This document shows, one piece after another, positions 48,131 to 61,169 of a DNA stretch of 64,000 nucleotides. The notes under the pieces are model-generated. The model searched no databases. It had not been told where the DNA came from and saw nothing but the letters and a program-made list of their open reading frames with translations. How positions within the stretch are numbered: position 1 is the first letter of the stretch; each line of letters starts with the position of its first letter. The translations under genes were made by a program, and so were the position numbers. The stretch is taken from the NCBI GenBank assembly GCA_040954595.2, contig CM082595.2, positions 1,986,635 to 2,050,634 of the forward strand, given 5' to 3'. Source of the DNA: Balanoglossus misakiensis (lineage: Eukaryota > Animalia > Hemichordata).

Positions 48131-50712
48131 TTATGACTTTTTGATGAAAGTGGAGAGTGTCTGAAGAGAAGCATCAGGCTTGGTCACATTTCTCCTCTTC
48201 GTTGTCTTGACAACCCTCTTTGGTGGCGGCCGAAAGACGACCGTTTGGGACTATAGACATCATTAAGGAAATAATAATCGACCAAACAGAGCAAACTGAT
48301 TACAAGATTGAGCGCCCTAGATGTGAAATATGAGCCTTTAAAGGATACAGTCTCAATAACAGTATGATGACCCCCTAAACCATTGTAACCTTTTCGTATA
48401 CTTCCTCGGATCTCGCAGTTTTCTCCTAGTTGTCGTTTCTTGAATATACTAGACGTGGCGTAGAGATTGGTCAACACGGCCTGTTCAGCTGCTTCATTCT
48501 GTTTTGCCTAGACACAGAAGAAATTCAAACATGTTGTAAAAATTCAATGTACAACGTCCAAGAAATAATGGCCAATTTTAATACGTCATCTGCACCGATC
48601 TATATATTATACTAGACATGTATTTTGATTTTCTATAACGGTGGCCAAATTTGCATTGGTGACTGTATACCTGTTAAAAAGATTACAGCTGTTTTCTTAC
48701 CTTTTGGTTGGCTTTGGCAAATGAGGTCGTTTTTACAAACGGAACATTAAACTCTTTACACTGCTCTCTGGCTTTTACGCTGGGACTTTGGCGGACGACC
48801 TCTGGAGTTGCTGGAAATCCAGGGCTCATGTCAAAATCTAATTCCCCTGGGGTTGATAACCGGGGTTTTTTGTTGTAAATTTGTGGTGCAGGACTGAAAC
48901 CAAACAGGCAAGTGATAAAGGTGAATGATGTAAGAGTACTGGAATAAATAAGGGGTGATGAAAATGGTGCTTTAATGCTTTTAAAGATATTCTTTTATGG
49001 TTATTCAAGGCATACCTCTCCATTATAAGTCTGGTGATGGCTCCCTGGGCACCACTGGGAGAGTCTACCGCTCTTTGGAGTGCATTCACTTTCTTCGTCA
49101 GACTTTCCTTTTCGTTCTCGGCATGCTGCAGGTCTTCTTCCACAAGTTTCAGTTGATTTTGCAGTGCATTGCATTCGTCTGTTTTTTCTTTCAGCTGTAT
49201 TAGTGTGGAGGAAAAAAAATCGCTTTGACAAAAATCGAGAGGAGAAAAGTGGTTTACTTTTACAGTTTCCAAATCAACAACATTTTGATATTAAAAATGA
49301 TGATAGTTAACCTTTCTATTTTTCACTTGCAAAGTTCGGTTGGCCAGTTCCAGTTCATCTCTGAGTTTCTGCTTGCTTTGTTTGCTGTTGTCAAACTCTC
49401 TGTAAAAAAGGAAAGGAAAACAAATGACTACTGAGTATTCACAAAAACTAGCATAGAGAGTCTAACAAACTTGTTCTGATTTGTAAATTCCATGCCTTGA
49501 TGGACTGCTTACTTTTTCAGTGAGACACAGTAAGTGGAGAGATCTCTCAAAGCATGAGTTCCATTTCCACAGTTCTGTAACATCTCTTCAACTTCACGAC
49601 TGCTGTCCTTCATTACAGACTCAAACCTAAGTGTACAAAAAAATACAAGCAATGATACACTGTATGGATTTTACATTGAATGTTGTCTGTACTATTGTTG
49701 TAGAAGATGGTGGCATCAATGACACAACCACACCCACCTTTCCAATCTTCTCAGTTTTTGCCTCAGTTCCTTGGCTTCTTTTGTGGCCCTCTCAGCTTCT
49801 CCTTGCTTCATACAGAAGATTTTCAGCTGCTTCTGTTGAGGTGAAACCACACAGACAAACAAATGACATTCTCAATACCTTAAATAGTTTGTACTACCTA
49901 GGTTAGTGGTAAAAATCTCACACAGTCAGCAGACTTCCAAGACGGTGTTAGACAATGTCAAAGGTTCAACTTACCTTTAGGGCACTGTTTGTACTTTCAG
50001 CCTCATTGGCCCGATCCATCAAACTTCCAATTTTCACCTCCAAGTCACTGATCTGGTTGCACAATTTCTCTTTCTCTTTCTTGAGGTCAGATTTTTCTTT
50101 CTTCTGCTGACTGAGCAATGCCTTGGTTTTGTCAAGTTCATTCTGGCAACAAAAACGGGATGGAAAGCGAATGAAGGCGATGGATATATGTGATGGCTAA
50201 ACATGTGACATAAAAGTGACAAGACACCATACCTGTAAAGATGATGGATCAACATCTTCAGGAGAATCATCGCTAGTCTCAAAGTACAAACGTCTCACGA
50301 TGTTGCGCTGAGTGCAACTGGCTCTACACTGAGGACAAGTCTTGGACTGGTTGGTCCATCTCTGCAGACTGATTAAGACAAATCATTCATGGATTAATTT
50401 GTAATTTCTATGTACATGTTCTCACTACACAAAGGTACTGCTACACTATCAACACAATTAAATAAAAATAACCAAAATATAGATTTCAAGAAGCTAAACT
50501 TTCAATTATTGACACTTGTGGTATTGATTACTACTTGACAATAACAGCAATACAAATCCAAGAAAATTCAAATGTCCATCACCACCAGTTGAGTCAGTGT
50601 AGGAATAGCAGACTTACCAGTGTTCATGAAATACGTGCCCACAAGTAGTGACCGATATATTACTGCTGGCCTCGTAGAGATCAGAGCAGATTGGGCAACA
50701 GGCCCGCAACAT
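48131..50712 (-). CDS. TRAIP: TRAF-interacting protein, RING E3 ubiquitin ligase
   Basis: N-terminal RING CPICSD..TTCGHVFHEHC..W..CPQCR, a long coiled coil, RKGYNGLGG near the C-terminus and a PIP-box-like end LQTLSTFIKKS*. A 5'-UTR exon donor lies near 50989. Confidence 0.9.
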
Positions 50713-51041
50713 GGTCACCTCTGTAGGATTCACCGGATCTTCCTGTTTGTACCATGTGCCATTGTATTTAAATGTAAAGTGTTTCTGTAACCAACAGCAG
50801 AGAGAGAAATAAACTATGATGTCAGATCGAAATGTACACACCGGCTACCCGGTCGCGAAAGTCACTGTAGTGCAGGAAGTAATCAAGTACCATAATCAAT
50901 ATCTTTACCCGTTATTTGCCTTTCACTACGTATCACAATTCCGTAACCAAGTCGACTTTTCGAGAGACATGCAGCGATATCAAAACACTCACGACAACAG
51001 CTGATGTTGACGGAAATTGAATATGGCGCTCTGTGCTCTCT

Positions 51042-51051
51042 TCTCGCGAGA
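51042..51051. promoter_or_regulatory. TCTCGCGAGA palindrome (BANP/Kaiso-type promoter motif) at the TRAIP 5' end
   Basis: Exact 10-mer in a CpG-rich patch just upstream of the presumed TRAIP first exon. Confidence 0.6.
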
Positions 51052-51705
51052 TCTCGACACCGCGAGTAGTCACTTGGCTGCAAGAGGGCGCTCGTTTCCA
51101 TCGATCTGGTGCACAGACTCGCATATTACACAAAATAAATTGCTTTAATTAGTTTAAAATACATGAAACTAGCCAAATCCAAATGAGAAATAGCAGGAGC
51201 AATTAACACATGTGGACTAGTGATTCTTTAGATATATACAATATACAATGACAGTGGACAGACATTGGGTAAAGGTGGCTTTATACCTTTAACTGGCTTT
51301 GGGGTAAAATAATACTTTATACTTTATAGTAGACCTAATAATCAATCAATAACTGATGAACTATTTAAAAAAAAACATCTCACCTCATTTGTGATTAGAC
51401 ATTCATTCGATAACTATCGACACGTTGATCGTGTATGGCATACAAGAACTTATGGACCAAATTATTCCCACGTGAACACTACCCAGAAAAATTTTAACTA
51501 CGCAATTTTAACACGTGACTGCGGTCGATATTGATATATTGCAACAGTTTGTCAACTTTGCAAGGCTTCTTTTGGTTGGTCAGCGAGTTTGCACAATTGT
51601 TCATTTCAGCGGGATGTTCATTTCACTAATATCCCAAGAGAAGGGCGCATCTTAATCCGTACCACGTACGTTGCAAAGTGTACTTTCTTTAAATTGAAGT
51701 TGAAC

Positions 51706-53073
51706 ATGATTTTGAAGGAAGTAACTTTGCTTTCACTCATACTAGTGGCAACAACCGCCCGTGCCGAAAATACCGATGGCACACAAGTACGTGACAGAGA
51801 GCATCATCATCAACAAGGTGGATGGAGCGAAATTGTGGACACGTTATCCGGTGTCTTGTATCGCCTAATCGAAGAAAGAATGACAGAATGCCTCCACTCC
51901 CCAAACGATGGTCGGTGTAGATCCGGAAGAACGAAATACCTGTCAAATTTAGGTAAGATCCATTTCATCATGCATGTGTGCGAGAATAGGGGGAGGAAGA
52001 TTATGCTAATTACCCCATGCAGGGTATTAGCATATCCCCCCCCCCCCCCGGCGGTGGAACAGCAACCAACAAGTTTATCAAACATGAACGTTATCACACT
52101 TATGCATATGGACATGACAATTTACAGCTTACCATTACAAATGATGTTGTAACAATATTTGAAATAAAATCTGAACTTTTAAATCAATTTCAGCTAACCA
52201 TGGCAGTGGTCATGTGTCGTTCCGACTGAAAGATTTGGCAGAAAACTACCACCTGGTGTCTGCCAATCTATTTCTCCTCATCACCGGGGGCAACGACTTG
52301 CTCCATGATGAAGCTATTACCATCAGATACAAGACACAACAGCTGTTGAAAGTCTCAGTGAAGGATTTTTCAGGTAACGTCGAAGTTGATCTGGACGTCA
52401 CTGATGAGACAAGGGTGTTTCTTGACGAAGCTGCCGACAGCCCTGATGTATTTAATTTTACTGTCTACGCTCCTGGCCATTACTCCAGATCATCTTTTCT
52501 GATCTTGGACTTGGAGAGAATCAACTCAGACCGACTTCTAGTGATCGACTTGCTGAACCAATCAGGCCGTAAGAGCGAAGATGCTGACGCCAAACGCGAC
52601 CACCAACATGAAAGAACACAGAGATCGGTGGTTTCCAAGATCACCAGGCAACGCGTGTGTCGCAAACACAGATTGAGAGTGGACTTCAGAGAACTGGGCT
52701 ATGATTGGATAATATCGCCACATGGTGAGTTCATATAAAACTTTTCTTCACATGAATTTGTTATGGAATGTGTTCTATGTGCAATTCTCTCACTCTTGGA
52801 ATATGTTTCATGTTTCTCGCAGGGTTTGAAACCAGCCTGTGTATGGGTGTATGCCTCTACCCCTTGGATGCTTACCTGAATGGAACTGTCCACTCCACCA
52901 TCCAGGCCTACTTGAATGCCCGAGACGCACAAGTAGAGGGGGCCAGAGTTCCTCGGCCATGTTGTGTGCCAGATGCCATGTCTCCCATCTCGCTGCTCAT
53001 CTGGGATGAGGAAGAGGATCTGACAGTTGCTGTGTATCCGGAGATGGTTGTTGATTCTTGTAGTTGCCGTTAA
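51706..53073 (+). CDS. TGF-beta superfamily ligand, divergent BMP/GDF (DVR) type, 342 aa, 3 exons
   Basis: Exons 51706-51952, 52194-52724 and 52823-53073 splice in frame. Signal peptide, furin site RTQR, and a 7-Cys knot CRKHRLRVDFRELGYDWIISP..CMGVC..HSTIQ..PCCVP..MVVDSCSCR*. Confidence 0.93.
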
Positions 53074-53420
53074 TGGTATCTGTGGCCATTTTTTCATAAT
53101 CATGTTCAATAAAGAAATGTTTTAAAGACATTCAGGCAGTCTCCTACATACAAATGTTTATGAATAAACAAAACACAAACAGTCTTTGAATCTTACATGT
53201 TAGTTTTTTATTCTGGATGGTTTGTATAAAAGTAGCAGATTATCATACAATCTGAATTCATGATTGCAATTTCAGAAATGTAAAACAGTCACAACATTAT
53301 GATCTGAACATATTTTATGGTGGTTCACTGAAATGATGTTCCAAAAGACAGGAAGTCCACATCCATGTCTAACGCAGTGGGGAGCTGAAAAACTGATGTA
53401 AATTTTTCTACACATTGAGA

Positions 53421-56400
53421 CTATTTTGTTTTGTGTTTCTTGTTCACATTTTGTTTGTTTGCCCTCTGTTTCGTTGCACCACCTTTCTGTTGTTTGTTTC
53501 CAAAAGTTTTCGGTTTGGGTACATTTGGTGAAGTCTGCTTTCTTTTGCCTTTTATTTGTTTCGGCTGTGTCTTCGTTTTCGTGGATTCTGTATTCTCTGT
53601 CTGAACTGGACTTGATATTTCATCTCCTGGACCTGAAGTTGATACTTCTTCTTCCTCTGATTGTTTCTTGTCTGCAGAGAGAAAAATGAAACATTTATAA
53701 AAAACTAGGGGGTGAAAGAGTTGACCTTATGCATCATGAATGATCCCTTGTAGGGTTTACCTCCACAGCTTATCTCAGAGAACATTCCATTACAAGAAAC
53801 TCACCCTTGTCTATTGGGATCTTGTTGTCTAATTTCTTCAATTTAGCAACAAAGAAGCCATCCATATTGTGTGTATGGGGATAAAACCGCCTAGTCAGTT
53901 CCAGACTGGGATGAAACCTTCTCTCACGATACCTGTACAAGAGAACAAAATCTAATTTCAGTACCGGTTGTGACGGTGAATGTGTGTAATCAGTAGGGTT
54001 ATTTGAATTATCCATTCTCAAAAAAGATTCATAATTCAGGACTTACCTCTTGTAACCAGGTCTGCCGAAATCCAAACCAGTTGGAACCACTTTCACGTTC
54101 CTTTTCTTCAGTGCAAAATCAACCACCCACTCATTTTCATCCACCTATAAAAATATTAAAATTGTGTTAGTCCTGTTTGAATGATGTTATAGGACAGACA
54201 ATATATGCATCACTGTCTTGAAGAGGAACCTGTACATCTACAGTTACTTTAGATGACACTACTTCTCACAAAACAATACTTACTAAAACCGAACATGTAG
54301 AATATACTATGTAGCCGCCCGACTTGGATTTTGCATCAACAGAGTCTATTGCTGCTAATATCAATTCTTTCTGTAGTGTTACAATTCTCTGAGTGTCTAC
54401 TGCATCCTGGGAGGGAAAATACAGAGAAGAGTGAAATTTTGCACAGCCCCACAGTGGCACATACACACATACATACAGTCTCATCATCACAGGCAAGTAG
54501 TGTGAAAAACTGACGAATGAATGCCTTACTTTACTAGTTTTCACCGCTGGATCTTTTGCAATTACCCCAGTACCACTGCATGGTGCATCCAGCAAAACAC
54601 GGTCAAAGTTACCAATGATCTGAAACCAAAAAGTTACAGGATATGAACAGTGTTGCTAAATATTCATTAAATTATATCTCATTTCTACATTCAAATGGGA
54701 AATATTTCCCAGGATGCACACTTACCTTGGGAAACGACCGCCCATCCTCATTGCACACCACAGTATTGGTGATTCCCATTCGGTGAATGTTACCCACGAT
54801 GCTTTTCACTCTCTCTTTATTCGCGTCGTTCGCAAACAGCATACCAGTGTTTTTCATGAGCGACGCTGCAAACACACAGCACAAAAAATACAACGAAGTC
54901 AGAAAGTGTCAGTGAAATGTGCAAATTGGAGGATTTTAAAGAGCTTTAGTAAACATACCTATGTATGTTGTCTTTCCGCCAGGAGCAGAACACATGTCCA
55001 GAATTCGTTCGTTCTCTTGTGGAGCCAGTGCCATTACTGGCAGAAAACTTGACGCCCCTTGAATCATGTAATGACCGGCTAAATATTCCGGGGTGGCTCC
55101 TGGAAAAACAAACAAAGACATCACAAAAATTGGCACAGTAATTTGAGACAACAGTCGATTCTTTGTTTGAAAATGAGATAAAGCCACTGGTTTATGAAGT
55201 TTCCAAACTGGCAAGTGATCGTTCTTCGACTTACCGACAGGAACTGAGGAATCATAAATGACCAAACCCACTTTGGACCATTTTCCGACGGGATCTAAGT
55301 TGACACCTCTGTTAATCAATGCCTGTCGAAAAAAAAAGAAAAAAATGTACAGTACAATTGAACATTTCATTATTCACACTACAAAATATATACATTTTCT
55401 GGAGTTTACCAGGCAACCCTCATATAAAATAAAAATAAACACACAAAAAATACATACCTGTGCTAAATCTCTCCGTCTTGTTTTCAGTGTATTTGTTCTG
55501 ATTGTAATTGGTCTGTGGACTTCATTTGCTTCAAGAAATTCTATCAACTGAAAGAGAATGACCTGGCTTCATTTTGGGACACACAATAATATTTTCGCGT
55601 CAAAACATGCACCTTCAAGTTTTCTCAGTCATCACAATGATCTGGAAAGACCTACCTCTGTAAGTGGAAATAACTGTATAATCTGTTCTATGAGGTATTC
55701 ATTGTAACTGTAGTAATTGCCTAAATCTTTCTTCAGCTGTGCGATGTATTCTGCCCTCGGTCTGCAAGGGAAAGAAGAAATGAAGAAACTGGGAGTGAAA
55801 GGGTTAAAGCCCCAATGTAACCGAGATGACTAACTGCACTTCAAGGTAAGTTTCACCCTTTTGCCACCATGGTTCAGTCCAAATGATTGTTTTCTATGGT
55901 AAAGTTAGACTGCTAAAGAGGGAATTGGGGGTGAAAGGGTTCTCTTACCTTCCTTCCTGTCGTCTGTTTTTGAAATCACCCAAGACCTGCATGACATCCT
56001 TGATTCTTTGGTGGAGCAGTGCCAGATCAGGTGGTTGGTTAGGTGATTAGTATTAAGGAGAACAGGCACAATCAAATGATTTCATTACATCAAAATGAAA
56101 ATATATTGCCAAATAGTGAGACTGAGAACACATTCACAATCCTATCACGACTTACACACACACTCACACACACAGTAATTCCCTTTTCAAAAGGATATCT
56201 TCCTTTTCAACTTCTTGACCACTTGGCAGTTCAAATGTCTCCATTTGTGAAATGTTGGTTTTCAGCTCTTCTTCACCCAAAATCCTGCAACGGAAATGTG
56301 AATTCCAATAAGAAATGCAAAGAACCACTGGCAAGATAGGTGCCACTAACATATGGTACAAATCAAAAATAGGAAATCTGTTCTTTGTAACTCACTCTCT

Positions 56401-58223
56401 ATTGGCACAATAAATTGAACAAAAACAAGTCACTGGATTTCACTGTGCGACTTACTTATCTCGTTTCATTTTCTTATCTAACTTCTTGGCTGCCTTCTCA
56501 ATCGGTAGAAGATCATCATCGCCATCACCACCACTGTCATCATCATCATCATCATCATCGTCGTCGTCGTCATCACTCTCATCATCAGAGTCTGAGAGAC
56601 TGCCAAATTCATCATCTGGCTGCAATGACAGGGTGAAAAAAAATCAGAACATGAATAACCACCAACAAAATTCACAACTTCTTAATACGATCACTGATAA
56701 ATAAAATCAGCCAACAAAACATGTCAACCATTTCACCCTAGTTTCTTGCAGAAGGGTCCAACACTGCGTTTGAGATCAATGGAGCTTAACCAAACTATGA
56801 TGTTGTAGGAGATGATTTTGTGATTGATGTCAGGCCTACCACTTCATCATCGCTCAATTCCTCCTCTTCATCACCACTTTCCTCCTCCCCGACTTCCATT
56901 CCTTTGTTCTCCATCTTCGTTTTGGGTTTCAGCCACATTTTGTTCTCATCTGTGTAACCTTTCACATTCTCAACATCTTCATCTTCATCTTCATCATCCT
57001 CTTCTATTTCTTCGTCATCATCCTCATCCTCATCTTCCGATTCTATATCATCATCATCACTTTCATCTTCATCAGTGGTACCTTCCTCCTCATCTTCTTG
57101 ATGTTCATACTTTCTCTTCTTCGCATCTTGTCTGTCAGCTCTAGTGACCATTGTCTCCTCCTCCTCATCATCTTCTTCATAGTCATCCTCATCCTCATCA
57201 TCACTGCTTTCTTCCTCGACATCATCTTCATCACTGCCAACTTAAAGATATGAAAAAAAATTTTTTCGAGATGTTCCCACTTATAATTATCTCAACCAAA
57301 TCTTATCCTAATTACAAAAGTCTGCATAAACAACCGTGCTTGTGACTAGTCAAGCAGTGCTAGCAAACCAAAAGACGGGTGGCTTACCATCCTCATCATT
57401 TTCCTCTTGCTCTTCAGAAACTTCTGACTCCCCATCACTTTCAAAGATGTCCTCTTCATCCTCCCCTTCGCTGTCCAAAACATCTTTTTTCTTCTTCATC
57501 TCCAACTCCATTTCCTCTTTCTTCTTCTGTTTTTCAAGTTTCAGTCCCGTGATCGCCTGACTGGTCATCTCCTTCTTCAACTGCCTCTTGGCATGCCTGT
57601 ACAATGCAACAAGTCGAAAATAAAAAGTGTAGGATTGACAATAAGATAGATCATCAAGTTAGTACTTTGCACAATTATCACACCAAAAGACAAGTCATGG
57701 TCATACATTGGATGGTGCAATATTTGTACCAGTGACTGTACTTTTCTACTATTACATGTAAAAGTTTTCCTCTTAGTTCTTACCTTTGTTTCTGTCTTCT
57801 ACTAAACTTCTTCTCAGGTGATTCTGGAAATTTGAAACACAAATCACACCATTACTATACTGTCCATACAACTGCACTCCAGAATTTGGTTTGGGCCCAA
57901 CTAGTGGTTTACTGTTGTTTACAGGTTACTAGTATGTAAACAATAGCTGGCTATCAAGTAAATAGGGGTGTAAATGTCCGTAATCGTGGGATATGTAGAT
58001 GTGTGGAGGGACTGCAGTCGATGTAAGAGTCAGTCATCAATACTCTTCGTGCATTACAAACTGCCATACGGGTGTGTGCGACCATCACGTTGCAACTCCA
58101 CGCTCAATATACATGTATACACTCACCTGTGCTTGCCGGAATTGAAGGAAGTCCCTGCTTTCTTGACTTTTTACCTGGCCCTCTGCGATTCCTCAGATCC
58201 CTGAGTTCCTTTACGCGACCCAT
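53421..58223 (-). CDS. NOP2: NOP2/NSUN1 nucleolar 28S rRNA m5C methyltransferase
   Basis: Start [23 protein letters not shown] and an acidic N-terminal tract, then [74 protein letters not shown] and [17 protein letters not shown]. Stop at 53421-53423. Confidence 0.97.
55853..55942. mobile_element. TTAA-MITE copy in a NOP2 intron (plus an end fragment at ~55788-55807)
   Basis: cccttttgccaccatggttcagtccaaatgattgttttctatggtaaag...ggaattgggggtgaaagggtt. Confidence 0.7.
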
Positions 58224-58559
58224 GATCGAAGAAATGTGCCGACAGTGCCGAATGGGTTTCTTTTTTAACAAACCAACGCCGATACAGTAAACACCAGTAA
58301 CTTACACGAGGCGTTGAACCATGTGTCGCCGCAAAAGGGTACGCTCACTTATAGTTATTTTACGACTTATTGAATGACTCCTTGTGCGGCCAATCAAACC
58401 AAAGAATCAAATTACATAAGAAAAAATGATATGCAAAGAGCAGAAAGATAGCGTGGAAAATGTTTGTAATGATAAAAATACATGAAATACAGTATGATTA
58501 AATAGTTTGAATTGCCGTAAGTGGGTAAGCTTGTTAAAGGTACTTGTGTATGTTGCAAT
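58224..58559. promoter_or_regulatory. Bidirectional promoter region between NOP2 and LRRC47
   Basis: The two start codons point outwards 336 bp apart; CCAAT box (ggccaatca) at ~58388-58396. Confidence 0.7.
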
Positions 58560-60737
<2,178 letters not shown>

Positions 60738-61169
60738 AGAGATTTTTACTGTCAGAGACTGCACTCCACATACATACAGGCAGACAGATCAAAACTCATG
60801 GGAAATTGTTTCCCTTTATTCCAGCCAATCTTCCAAATTCATTCAGAAATAGCCATAAAATGAAATCTGTACTACCCAGCCTTTTGTAGCAGTTATAAAC
60901 ATGATAAACTTGTTGACTTACTAGTAAATGTAATATACACGCATGTCAATGTTGCCAGGCAACAGTCAGTCTATGAGAATGTCCATTATACTGTGCATGT
61001 CATGTGACATTTGATAGGCCATTTTTTCAGTTGATAAATTGTGACTGTAAGACGTTTTCTGATCACAACGTACTGCAATGGTGAATAAACATAGTGCTCT
61101 GTCAACTTTTGTCTTGTGTCTTGAAGTGAAGAGGTTCAATCAACGCGTTCGCTAATCAGTCACATGGTT

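Noticed and set aside
56415-57345. His-rich and Ser-rich plus-strand ORFs
   Set aside because: They are antisense shadows of the GAT/GAA-rich acidic exons of NOP2.
54410-58120. C/D-box snoRNAs in NOP2 introns (GTGATGA at ~55635 and ~54490 on the minus strand)
   Set aside because: I found no suitably spaced terminal CTGA box, closing stem or recognisable rRNA guide.
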